Below are positions 51,401 to 64,000 of a stretch of 64,000 nt of DNA, one piece after another. Made by a program: the position numbers and the translations under genes. A model generated the notes under the pieces. That model saw only the letters and a program-made list of their open reading frames with translations, was not told the DNA's origin and did no database searches. Every line of letters begins with the position of its first letter. Position 1 is the stretch's first letter. Source of the stretch: Massalongia carnosa (lineage: Eukaryota). The stretch covers positions 2,046,001 to 2,110,000 of the forward strand of contig OZ287078.1 of NCBI GenBank assembly GCA_965645245.1, given 5' to 3'.

Positions 51401-54376
51401 TCGAATTTGGAAAAGATGACGGCCTTCGCCAATCGGTCTAGAGTTTCCTGAATCAGGGGCAAGGGATAGCGATTTTTAACAATGATCGCATTTAGGGCTC
51501 GATAATCAACACAGAGGCGAAGCCCTCCTGAAGGTTTACGAGCAAACAACACCGGCGAGGAGGCTGGAGACGAACTCGCACGAATAAACCCTTTAGCGAG
51601 GTTTTCCTTGAGATATTTCTGCAAAACTAGTAATTCTGGTGCTGACATCTTGTACAAGGGACCTGAGGGCGGAACGGCCCCTTCGGTTAACACAATCTTA
51701 TGGTCGTAAGGGCAATGTGGAGGTAGCTTGTCTGCCTCTGTCTTGGAGAAGACATCCAATAAGTCATAAAATTCTTTAGGAACGATAGGGGCAGGATCGA
51801 TATGAATCTTAGGTTTCAATGTCTTCTCGACATCTTTCATGGACGCGGCGGACAAGAAGACACTTTGACGGGTCCGAATGACTTCGTCAATGTCGTACAA
51901 GGAGGCTGTGAAGATCTCGTTTTCTCGCTTCTTCATCAAGGTTGAAAAGGGGGCGGCTCCGATCATGTGAATACTCAGATCTGGAGGCTGAACAGGGGAC
52001 AATACAGAGTGCATGGGCTTCAAGGGTTCAAGACTAGCATGAACAGCGGGATTCTTAGGTTCAAAGGAATCGAATGCTTCCCCGTTTGACATCCTGAACA
52101 GGCATGTCAACTCGGGCAAGCTCGAAGGGTTCGATAACCTCGAGAGGGACCTTGTCCTCACGAGGGGTTTGACGGCCGTCAGATTGGCTATCAGATTCAG
52201 GAAGAGTATGGTTCAGAGAAGAAGCAGTCTTTCTTGATAAAGACTCTTCCGAAGGATCACTAGATTTCGAGGCAATATTATTCGAAGAAGAAGCAGTTTC
52301 TTTCACTAGAAACTCTTCCGAGGGATCTGGAATTCCAGGAACAACAAGAGGGGAGCGCTTTCCTTGTAAGCACTCCGCCGCACAATAACGAGACGAAAAG
52401 GTCAAGGTGTTTCGGGACCAGCTGACGAAGGGATCATGAATCTGAAGCCATTTGACTCCCAAAACAACGGGGTAATGACCCAATTGAGTAACAAGAAATG
52501 AACCAGGTTCGCTATGGGCATCGATACTGAGTTGAAGTTTGACAAGATGAGTGAGCATGCCAATGGCAATAGGGCGGCCCTCCACTACCTGAAGAACACG
52601 AGGGCAAGCTAAAGGGGTGAGGGACAGGGAGTTTCTTTGCGCGAAGGATGCATCAATAAACGCATAACCCGAGGCACCACAATCAATCAGGGCATGGGTG
52701 CGGAAGGAGCGATTGCCCACAGAGAGTACTATAGATATGACAAGGTGTCTACCATCTAAGGAGTCTTCTGACAGAGAAAATGCTGAAATTGAAACCGGGG
52801 AACCTTCCAAGAGTCTTCGAGGGCGACTTATCCCGAAGACTCCGCATTTTCCGGAGAAGCAAAAGAGGTCTCGTTGAGACGTGAATTCTTGGGCGTACTC
52901 GGGCCCTTTGTTATGGGACAATTTAACGCAAAATGTCCCGACTCCCCACAATACCGACACAGACCTTCCGTCATCCGGCGAGTGACCTCCGCTGAGAGCA
53001 ACTTACCACGGCTAGTAGTCGAGAGATCCATGGGGTCGGGTGCGGAGGATGAGGACAAGGGGACGGAGGATGCGGCGCGGGGCAAGGCCACTCCTCCGGA
53101 CTGCGGATTACGGGGCAAGGCTCCAATAGTGGCAGGCGAAGAGGAACGAGACGTGAAAAGCTTACGAAGCGAAGCATTGACGTTGCATTTTCGGGTGTCG
53201 AGTCTCTGCAACAGGGTAATTAACCCGTCTAAATCGTTGGGTAACTCCTGGGTTACCATTAGCTGCTTTAGTTCGTCGCTGACACCATTCAACAGAGCCG
53301 AGCGCTGAGCCTCAGAATCGAAGTTAGTGTCCGGGATCAGTCGCTGAAAGTCCGACAAGTACACGTGAAACTCCCGATTCTTCTGTCGAAGGGACCGAAG
53401 CTCTCGTTGTGCAGTGGCCTTCTTGTCGGGATCCCCAAAAGCTCTCTCCAACATTGTTAACAAGGCGGCCACATCATCCAGAAGAATTTCTTGCTCCGAT
53501 CTGACGTATGGTTGTACTTGTGAAAGGGCGAGTCCCTCGAGTCGACTAATAGCGTAGATGAGGCCGGACTTGGGACCCATGAACCGATCGGCATTGACAA
53601 AGAGTTTGAGATGCAGTTGAGTCGTCCATGATCGAAGCTCGTCCTTGTTTCCCGAGAATTTCGGAATGTCGGGAACTTTTCAGAACGGGGTTCTCTGTTG
53701 CTAGTATGATTCTGATATTCTTGACTCTGCTGACGAAAGACAGATATCATCCCACGGGCGGCTATGAGCTCGTCATTGGAGGCCTGCAGCTGGGCACGAA
53801 GGTTGTTGAGTTCCGTTTCGAGGAATTGTATTGTCGATTCTTCTCCTCAATAACCTCCACGGCTCCGGAAGCGAAACTGATGAGACGATGCGTGTAGCGA
53901 TACCACTCTCTCGGATAAGCCGAGGCCGACTGGGCCTGTCCTTCCTGAGAGGCTGCTATTGCTGTGAGTCCGAGGCCTCCTCCGAGTATCGGGACTCGAA
54001 GGGGCTGAGAGGTAGATCCTGGAGTGTCGAGAGCTGGAGAAGCTGAGGACATGAATGCTAATAGGGAACAAGAACCACACTGGAGTATGGGAGGGTGTTT
54101 GTAATGTCACGGTAGGAGTCCAATGATCCTATCAATGTGGTGGAACAGTGTTACGCTATCGACTATACTACATGATAATCTGACGAAACGAACACAAGGA
54201 GGAAAACAGTAACAGCTAGCAGAGATTTCCTTTAACTACTGAAAAGGGACACTAAACCCAACTCGGTAAGCTCGCAGTCTAACCACAACGATCATCCGCC
54301 GGCGCTAAACCTTAAAGTCCATCTAGGGCAGCCGTCTGTTCAATGAACCTCTACGTCTCATGTTCACACCATGACA
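48474..54376 (-). mobile_element. Full-length Gypsy chromovirus, decayed
   Basis: 272-bp LTRs at 48474-48745 and 54105-54376 (about 6 differences by eye), TSD GAGGG, gag CRYC..GH, LIDCGA protease, RT motif YIDN (mutated YIDD), integrase, chromodomain. Confidence 0.96.
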
Positions 54377-55302
54377 GAGGGGTGAGATGCTGAATACTAG
54401 TGATACCAGAGATGCTGGCGCTGGTCAGCGAGGACTGCAATCGGTGAAGGATTCGAGTATTTTCAGCTCGAAGCACTTCCCTTCGCCTTGGCTCCTCTGA
54501 GGATAGAGAGATAAAGCATCGCCAGCTCCATTATCCTTGCCATGACGATAATCGATGCGGAAATTGTAACGAGAGAGTTCTTGCGCCCAGCGAACCTGGC
54601 GGGGGCTTAAACTCTTCGTATCAATAAATCACCGCAGGTTGTTGTGGTCTGTAAGCACGAGAACTTCATGCTTACAACCTTCGAGATAATGCCTACAATT
54701 CTTAAAGGCTTCAACGAAGGCCAGTAGTTCCCCATCGTGAGTTTCGTAACGAGTTTCTGCAGGAATCATTTTTCGAGAAAAATACGCTACTGGGTGCCAT
54801 TGGCCGGTTTCGATATCCAGCTGGGTAAGAACGACACCTATTGAAGAATAGTAAAACTCACGTGTAGGTATAATAGCATGATTGTCATTGAAGGTATGGA
54901 TTATATGTGAGCTATCTACTTCCTTATATAGCAGTCACATTGGAGACCTTTCGGCGACCCTTTTCATAAGCAGTCAAGCGGTCCACTGAATCTCGGTCCC
55001 CGGAGGTCATCTGGGTCCCCGTGGTAGAGTCGCCGAAGATAAGCACTAGATAAATGCCCATGATGGTAGTTCTTACCATCTGACACTCCCATTCAGTCAT
55101 CTACCTGTAGAAATCGCCCGTTGTGCGGCGTAACACGAAACGCGTAAGGTGTGCTTGGCTGATTTCCCCCCGCTTCGGCGTCGGCACGCACCGCTGTACC
55201 GTAAAACGTGCACCATAACACGAGAATCCCCGTCGCTGGCAACGCGACCTCTAATCGCCTCACGAGGGAGCTGGGAAGCGGCTAGGGCATAGGGAGAGGA
55301 TC

Positions 55303-58300
55303 ATGAGCGCCCGTTTTGTCTATCTGCCGGAATGGCGGGTGCTGGTGTGCGAAGCGTGCGGCTTTGGCCTCCGTCCCGGTCACGGCGTTTGGGTTCGGCA
55401 CCTGAGGCAAGCACCGCATTGCTTGAAGGGCCCCGAGCTCCGGGCCCAGGTCGAGCTGTTCGAGAGCTACGACCTCTGCGCGCCGGAGCCGGAGCTCGCG
55501 CAGCTGCCGGCCCACGCGATCCCCGGATTACGGCTCCTCGACGGTTTCCAGTGCTTGACCTGCGCGGCTGGTCTGACCCCAAGCCTCCAAGCTATCGAAC
55601 GGCACGTGTCAAAAGCCCACCAGCTCAAGCCTGCATGGCATCAGAAGAACCCCCTCTGGCGGTCGTGCAAACTCCAGACTTTCTTTGCCGAGAATCGCTT
55701 AGTTCGGTATTTTGTGGTAGAGGATGAGGGAAGAGCAGAGGCGCCAGGGAGCTCCGGATACAGGGGCGCGGATAGCTTGGGTTCAGGGGACGAAGACTTC
55801 TTTAAGCTGCTCGACCAGGACGCCGCTATTGCAAAGGAGGATGCTAAGGCAGAGGCCAACATCGTTCATGGCTTCGATGACCACCGATCCGCTGTGGTGC
55901 CGTGGCTGAGACGGACGGGCATCGAGGAGCACACGCGGAGCTTAAAGAAGGACGAGATGCACGACTCTTTTGCAGTACCGAAGGCTGCCGAGAGCGAGCC
56001 CGAGCTGTTCCTGATGCTAGAGGTGATGGACGAGATCTTTCTAGAGACGCACAGCTAGTGCTTCGATGGTCCCGACTGCATGCTGACCTGGCCACGGCAG
56101 CTGGCGTTGAGCCGCTTCCATCCTGCCGCTGTCCCAGGGCAGAAGACGCGCGCGTTCGACCCGAAGAAGGAGCCTAATACGCTCAAGACCTACTTCGGCT
56201 ACTGGAAGCAGTTCTTGACCTACAGCTACCGGGTGGCCTACCGGGGCGACCACTTCACCGCGGCCGACAGCGACCAGCGGACCCCCGAGAGCCATATCCA
56301 GCTCACGGGTGCTCAGGAGAATGCGTGGGAAGTGGCTTTCCAAAGTGCCGTCGAGCAAGACGGGCCTGCGCTGAGAAAGGCCATGTCGGTGATCTCAATG
56401 GCGCTGATCTGCCACGAATTTGGAGGCAATCGGTACAGATCCTCACTGCTCAGCTTCTGCGCCATGCTCAGTGTCAAGCCACACACCAAGACTTGGAAGG
56501 AGCCGGGCAATTACAATAGCTGCTTGTCTGGCGTAATCTGGATTGTGCAGCTAATCATCTTCCACGCCAGCGCCTGTCTGGAGAAGGCGGAGCTAGGTGA
56601 TACACTCGAGCGTATTGGAATTTGCCGAGAATTTCCAGATTAGGCAATCATATGCTATATACGAAAAGCTTCAGATTTCGGCACGAGTTCGGCAACTACG
56701 AGGAGGCAAAGGTATGCAGCAAAAATGCTACATTTCGGAGGCAATTCAGCTGTTCATGATCACTGAGTGTCTCTGTGTCTCCGGTCAGCAATAAGGTGTA
56801 TTGTGCCCAGCTGAAAAGCTTCAAAGGAAGCAGGTTCATGCATTTGATATAGGCCGAGATGGAGGCCCTCAAGCAGTATAAAGAGACGATGATTCCTCAT
56901 GTAATTTAGTTATTCAGTCGTTCAGAAGTTAGTGCAGCAGATAGCTAAATTTGGAGTATCTTCACTGGAAATACGGAGTACCTGCATCACTTTTTCCAAG
57001 CACTTCTCTTTGCCTATCCTTGATAGCCCTAGACCCTCTTCTCCTGCATCCCGCTGCCGTATGCCTGGTTGATTTTTTGTTCAACAGGTTATGAGCCCGT
57101 ATAGCACTCTATTCAAATCCAGGAGTATTTTATCACTAGATCTTTTATCTTAGGGGATATAGCCTGTGTGCTTGTTTGAACTCCTAGCTATCCATTTCGG
57201 CACTCGAATAGGACGACTCCTTTACCACCAAAATGTCTGCCTCAGAAGACAGCCAAGATACCGGAGGTGCCATGAGGGCATCCACCACCCCCGAGGCTAG
57301 CAAGGACTCCTCATCAAAGGACAAGGGCCTAGCGGCTATGACAGCCATTGATGGGGGATATAAAAGGGGTGCCGGTGTAAAAGATGAAGTAAAACTGCCA
57401 AAACTTACTAGCGACAACTACAGGCTGTGGTCCCACCTTTTGAAGGTGCACTTAATTGCCAAAGGGCTCTGGAAAGTAGTCAGTGGAGAGATACTCGAAC
57501 CACCAGGAAGCATGCCTTTAGATAGAGACTCGTGGATCTTTGATGATGCCACAGCAATTACCATCCTCATGGGAGCCATGGACGAAAGGCAGCAGAAGCA
57601 TGTGCAACTGCAGCAATCTGCCGAAGGGGTATAGGATGCCCAAAAGGAAATTCACGGCAAAGACTCCAGGACACGCTTGGTCCCCATGCTCCGCCGATTT
57701 CATACGTATAAGGCCAAGGCAGAGGAAGGAGTAGATGAGACTGCAGCAGAGCTAGAAGATATGAGGGATATCATCGCAAACATAAACCCAGAGGTGAAGC
57801 CATCCGATATCATGATGGCCCTAGTCCTAATGGATTCGGTGGATCACGAGCGGTATAATGCGGTGAAATTGCAATTAAACGACTTGGAAAACCTCACGTT
57901 TCGGAAGGTGATTGAAAAATATAAAGAAATCGAGCAGATGGCGAGTGATAACGCGGGGAACCCCTATGAAATCGCTTATAAGGTCTCCGCCAAGCCCTAT
58001 AAGTTTAAGGGGAAATGTTACCACTGCAAGAAACCTGGTCACGTGAAAACCAAGTGTTTTGAATGGCTTGCCAGTGACGAAGGCAAGGCTTACAATGAAG
58101 ATACAGCCAGCACGGCCCAATCAAAGGGCAAGAAAGTCAAGGACGGAGGTAAGGGAGAGGAAAAGTTAAGTGATGGCAGACGTGGAATGGGCCGAGGAGT
58201 TCACCTTGCACGTAAAGCATCCGGCACAAGGGACAGCGACAGTAAGGATAGCGACGACGAGTCAGTGTACGGTCGCATTGCCATTGACCACGTAGACCAG

Positions 58301-61300
58301 AGCGACCATGAGGATTTCACCGACTACGTCAACAATGGGGCGAGCTATCGCACTTCCTAGAAGTGCTCCTCCCCTAAGAGTTTTGCTAGAGTGGCAAAAC
58401 TCACTTCCAAAGTAATACCCCCGAATGAGTAGATGATTGACTCAGGGGCCATTCGCCATATGACGGCCAGTCGGAAGCTATTCACAAACTTTACACTGCA
58501 GGTAAGTTGGGTGAGGATAGCTAATATGGTAAAGATTAAATCACCTGGTTAAGGTGATGTGGCTGTGGAGCTGGAGGATAAGAAGTTCAAACTTACAGAA
58601 GTGTTATACGTACCTGAGCTGGATGCGAATTTGTTGTCAATTTCGGCATTACAAGCTAGAGGAATGATTGTGAGGTTTGGATTGAGTTTCGTCGAAATTT
58701 TGAGGAGAGGTAGCTGCCTCGCCACCGGGTTTTTGGTGGGAAAAACGTACCTGCTCCGATCCGCAGGAAGCGGAGTGGCCCTGATAGCCACTGAGGATCC
58801 CGATGAAGAAATCCCTATTACTTCTGATCCAAATATCAGCGAAAGATCGTCCGGAAATCAGAATTTGCCAAGAATGCCAGAAAATGCAAAAAGACAATAA
58901 AAAAGCAATTAGTACTTGGTCCCAATTAGAAAGAGACCGATACCTACTATGGCATGGCCGCATGGGGCACGTGGGAGCATACAGACTCACTGACCTCCAT
59001 GAAGCCACTAATGGAGTGGGAGCCAAGTTACATGACCATGAGAAGGAATGCAAATGCATCACATGTACTCAGACGAAAATGACTTGAATAATCAACCGAA
59101 ACCCACCAGAACGGGCTACCCGCCGTCTGGAACGAGTCTGTTCAGACTTTTGGGGTCCATATCGGGTGCCCAATAACCAGGGGACCAAGTATTTTGTGTC
59201 CTTTACCGACGAAGCCACCGGCTACTCGGATGTTTACCTCGGAGCCAGGAGCGAGCTAGAAAAGCTCTTTCGGATGTTCAAAAATCGTGCCGAGATCGAG
59301 ACAGGGGAGCGAATCAGGATCCTGCGATGTGATAACGCTTTGCAGTATGAAAAACTGGGTAGAACGATATTGCCGGAAGGAATAGTGGTGGGTTTACCAC
59401 GGCCTAAACCCCTGAGCAGAATGGGGTTGCAGAAAGACTCAATAGAACGCTGATGCAGATGGTATCAGCGATGCAGATGTGGTCTGGGTTGCCTAGGTCA
59501 TTTTGGGGGGACGCAGTACTGACTGCCAATTATCTGAAGAATCGCCTTCCGTTGAAGCGGTTTGATAAGAAGACCCCATATGAGATATGGCACCAGAAGA
59601 AGCCAGAGGTAGGCCATATGAGGACCTATAGATGCCTCGTACACGTGCACGTTCCTAGCAAAACTCGAGCGAAGATGGATAAGGTATCCCATCAGGGAAT
59701 TCTCGTTGGATTCCGGTCATCTATACAGTATAAGGTGCATAATCCTGATACGAAAACAGTGGGAGTACATACCTCAGTGAAGTTTTTCGAGGATTGGCCA
59801 AGAGGCCCTTTACTGAATACACCAGCGGAACAGGGTGAGTGGGAGTTAGATGTTGCAGATTCAGACTACGAACCTGATGAGGAACAAGGAGTTCCTACGT
59901 ACAGACTTACAAACCCTGAGAATGCCTTAGAATTTCAGGGAACATCAAACCTAGAAAATGACGACGCAATATTTCTAGGTGATAATGTTCCCGGAGAAAG
60001 TATTGAGGGTACAGAGAATCCCTCACTGAATGAAGGCGATATTCCCGGAAATCGCGAAACTCCGGGAAATCAAGAAGAAGGAAACGAGACCTCGGAAACT
60101 GAAATCCGAGCACCAGAATTCGAAGGTCTGCCGACTACTGGACGAAATTCGCCAGAGCCAGCACAGAATTCAAAAAGGGGGCAGAAAGCCACGCTATCAC
60201 CGAAAAATCAACAGCTTGTTTTAGCAGCACCTTCCCGGTCAAGACGCACGAAAAAGCCGTATGACTCCAAGGCATTTGATAAGTCAAAAGCACCAATGGC
60301 TATCGTTTATATAGCTCGATTGCCTGAACCGGCTACCTATAAGGAAGCCATGACTGGACCAAATCGCCGTGAATGGAGGGGGGCAACAGAAGAAGAGCTG
60401 GAAGCGCTGCGGTGGAAACGCACGTTTATTATCGTGCCGAGGCCGAAAAACCGTGAGCTAATAACTTCGAAATGGGTATTCAAAATCAAATACACATCCG
60501 CCGCAGTTATTGAGCGGTTCAAGGCCAGACTTTGTGCTAGAGGTTTCACTCAGAAATATGGCATTGATTACGAAGAAATATTTGCACCCACCTTGAGGTT
60601 CGAATCTCTGAGAATGTTAATGGCAATTACTGCGTTACTGAACCTGGAAGCACATCAAATGGACGTTTCAAATGCCTATTTAGAAGGGGAGTTGGAAGAA
60701 GAAATCTACATGGAAATACCAGAGGGAATGGATGTTCCGAACGAAAAGAATAAGGCCCTTCTACTGCAAAAAGGCCTTTATGGTCTCAAGTAATCCGGCC
60801 GAATCTGGAGCAGAAAGTTCAGAAGGTATCTGAGATCCATTGGATTCGAACCAATCTCAGCCGGCAATTGTGTGTTCATAAACCTCCAAGCCGGCGTCAT
60901 TATCTCAGTATACGTCGATGATCTTCTCATTTTTACCGCCAAAATATCCCTCATCAATGCAGTCAAGGCACAGCTAAAACAGGAGTCTAAGATGAAGGAT
61001 TTGGGAGAGGTAGACCACATCTTGGGAATGCGAGTGCGGAGAAACCGAAAATCTAGAAATCTAACACTAGATCAGTCAGTATACATCAACAACTTCATTT
61101 CGAAATATGGGATGGAAAATGCACAACCAGTTTCAACTCGATTGATGGATATGCAGCATTGACTGCCGCCACCCCCACGGAACCCAGGACCGACCAGCTG
61201 GAGTATCAGAAAAAGCTATGATCCCACCAACGAGATAGCAGCTGATATTTTGACAAAGCCTTTGACAAAGGCGGCTTTTGAACGCGGACGTGCTCTACTA

Positions 61301-63426
61301 GGTATGAAGGGTGCCTAGAGAGTTAGCGATAGTTTATCGCAACCACATCGGCCCACGAGGGCCAATGGCCTACCTGAGCATCGTGTTCCGATTGGCAAAA
61401 CACGCAGGATTTCTTTTAATTCGTTTTCGGGCATGCGAGGGTATGAAGGCATTCAGATACTCGGAGTAGGAGTATTGGAATTTGCCGAGATACCTGAATA
61501 TTTGCGACCGAGGTTCTTTTGCCTCCTGCTTACTAATTTCCAGATTAGGCAATCATATGCTATATGCGAAAAGCTTCAGATTTCGGCACGACTTCGGCAA
61601 CTACGAGGAGGCAAATGTATACAGCAAAAATGCTACATTTCGGAGGCAATTCAGCTGTTCATGATCACTGAGTGTCTCGGTGTCTCCGGTCAGCAATAAG
61701 GTGTATTTTGCCCAGCTGAAAAGCTTCAAAGGAAGCAGGGTCATGCATTTGATATAGGCCGAGATGGAGGCCCTCAAGCAGTATAAAGAGACGATGATTC
61801 CTCATGTAATTTAGTTATTCAGTCGTTCAGAAGTTAGTGCAGCAGATACCTAAATTTGGAGTATCTTCACTGGAAATACGGAGTACCTGCATCACGTTTG
61901 CCAAGCACTTCTCTTTGCCTATCCTTGATAGCCCTAGACTCTCTTCTCCTGCATCCCGCTGCCATATGCCTGGTTGATTTTTTGTTCAACAGAGCTCATT
62001 GAGCAGTATTGCGGGCAGTTCTTGAAGCAGGACACCGAGACTCCTGTGGGCGAGATCCTCGGCTGGCGCTTGCTGCTGTTTACTGTCTCGAAGGAGGTTG
62101 TTGGGCCGCACCAAGCACAGTGGGATGTGGACGAGAAGGTCCTGACCTACCGAGACGTTGATTTGCATATGGATCACGTGCCGCGGCTCTTACTCTCCGA
62201 GTTCCAGCAAGCCCAGCACCTACTCTACGACGAGCTGATGTTCGGGACCCAGAACCTTCCGCGGATGCGTGCTTGGGCATTAAAGGACAACTTAGACGCC
62301 GATGCCTTTGGCTGGTTCTTTGGCCAGCACTGGGTGAACTTTGAGCTGGTAAAGCCACTGGCGAGGTCTTTGCTAACCGTTATCCAAGACTCGAAGCCGT
62401 TGCGGGACTCGTTCCTGGATGCCAACGCGGATGGCGCTAAGGTCTGGCGGGAGAAAGCGATTGAACGGTCTGAGGCCGTGGCTAACGAGTTCCTGAAAAG
62501 GCTCTTAGTCTTGATCCACATGGGCTCTGGCCAGCCTCTGCGCGAGAGTGAACTGTTCTCCGTCACCTGGCGTAACACCCAGCGGCGGCAAAGCGTCTAC
62601 CTCAAGCACGGGCTAGTCATGCTGCACACCACATACCACAAAGGTCAGCAGCAGACGGACAAGTTTAAGGATAATATCCGGTTCTTGCCTGCACCTATAG
62701 GAGACCTCTTGCTGGACTACTTGGTAGTTGTAGTCCCGCTCCACCAGGTCTTCCTCCGCCGGTCTGCCCCGCATTCCCTTATCTCTCCGTACTTGTGGTG
62801 GCAAGACGGCAAGGTCTGGGCTGACAACCGGCTCACGCGGTGCATGGAGCAGGCATGTAGTCGGGCCAGCGTCCCCCGGCTACACATTGCCAACTGGCGG
62901 CAGATGACGGTCAATATCGTCGAAACTAAGTTTGCAGCTGACGTTGGGTGCTTTGAGGTTGACGACGGGGCTAACGACGAGGATGCCGAAGAGATCGAGG
63001 CGAACATTCGGATTATGACCAAGCAGCGGAACCATAGTAAGCGGACTGTCAACCGGGCATATGCAAACCAACACAATGCTAACTTTGGGAACGTGTGGGA
63101 TGGCCTTATCCGCCGGAATCTGCGTGCTTCAACTCTGTGGAAGGACTTGTGGGGGCTTGACCAGCTGCTGGGACCTGCTGGGAAGAGGAAGCGGGATGGT
63201 GAAGAATTGGTGGTCCGCAAATGCTCAAGAAGATCGCCATGGGGGTCTACCGGCCACGGAAGAAGTGGTCAGCTGCGGCTCTGCTGAACAGTGTAAGAAA
63301 GCTGTACCTAGAAAACACGCTGAAGTGGAAGTCAGCAGCGCAGGAGCGGGCTATGACTACTATCATGTCATGGACTGAGCAAGTGGTAGTTATCATGGCT
63401 ACTGGCGAAGGGAAGAGCCTGCTGTT
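55303..63426 (+). pseudogene. DUF3505 zinc-finger, putative tyrosine-recombinase domain and RecQ-like helicase (telomere-linked-helicase-like), split by Copia and truncated by Gypsy
   Basis: Two Cys/His fingers, WRSCKLQTFF and PWLRRTG; then GQPLRESEL, YHK, WRQ, QRNHS, RAYA; then QERAM...MATGEGKSLLF. Removing the Copia rejoins TLE(R/L)IEQYC. Confidence 0.75.
56613..61991 (+). mobile_element. Ty1/Copia retrotransposon, decayed, with most of RNase H deleted
   Basis: LTRs at 56613-57086 and 61473-61991 (the latter 45 bp longer), TSD GAGCG/GAGCT, PBS GGTTATGAGCCC. Motifs CYHCKKPGH, IDSGA, LWHGRMGH, KARLCARGFTQ, YVDD, ADILTK. Confidence 0.95.
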
Positions 63427-64000
63427 TATAAGAGGGACAGTAGATACTAGTCCTTATGGGTTATAATGCTCAGTGTGACTGTGTGAGGGATAAAACGAGT
63501 TCAATTTCAATAGCCTAGTTCTACACCAAAATCTTCAGACGAAGTCTAAAAGCTTTACTCGGGCGGAGTTCTATATAACCCCTGAAAAGTCGGTTCCTCG
63601 GCACATTACCTAATCGATGCTAGTCTGATGTCAGGTGACCTCAGGACCCTGACACTACCCCTCCTCTGAGACGGCGGCTCCGGACGTCGATGGTTGACTG
63701 TTATTCATGAATAGGACATCCTTTGGGGCGTTGGGTTTTCCTTTATTGTCTGTATGAAATTTTCTGATTTCTTCTTTGGCGCGAATGAAATCAGTCTATG
63801 GCTGCCAAGGTGGGTTTGCGTTCCAGTCATCCCATGAGCCGATATAGGTTGCTTTATACTGAGTGCCGTATTTCTTAGTTTCACGGCAGTCGACGATTTC
63901 GAGGACTTCATATTCTTCATGAGGACTGGATTCGGCGTCTTCTTGAATCAGTATCGGGGGACCCGGTTCAATAAGTTGACCGGGGAATGGGTTCGTAGGA
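63427..64000 (-). mobile_element. 3' end of another Gypsy chromovirus: LTR 63427-63654, PPT, chromodomain
   Basis: LTR TATAAG...CCTGACA, PPT AGAGGAGGGG, EYEVLEIVD..QYKATYIG.W. It inserts right after the helicase motif I. Confidence 0.82.

Larger units (their letters stand above)
45872..54840 (-). mobile_element. RNase H/integrase/chromodomain half of a Gypsy element hosting two insertions
   Basis: [17 protein letters not shown] (54377-54840), ILVIVDRLTK, DRGSVFTS, KLEAKFFGPF, EYEV..YLVSW.GY. Confidence 0.88.

Overview
Fungal (ascomycete-like) DNA made almost entirely of nested transposable elements, with spliceosomal introns and scattered RIP-like CpA>TpA changes. It contains three distinct Ngaro-like tyrosine-recombinase (YR) retrotransposons, one nested in another, whose junctions can be reconstructed. 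There are two copies of an ~890-bp Copia-primed miniature LTR element (TRIM), several Ty3/Gypsy chromoviruses (one near-intact), a Ty1/Copia element and DNA-transposon relics. Damaged host-type genes include a HeLo-like/NACHT/WD40 NLR, a MACPF-like ORF, a PD-(D/E)xK-like gene and an SNF2 fragment. The best candidates for novel biology are (1) a DUF3505-type zinc-finger protein carrying an apparent YR catalytic motif set followed by a RecQ-like helicase, with a second divergent homologue in the window, and (2) a 543-bp insertion with CTAG termini and no target-site duplication. All family assignments come from reading motifs by eye; no database searches were run.
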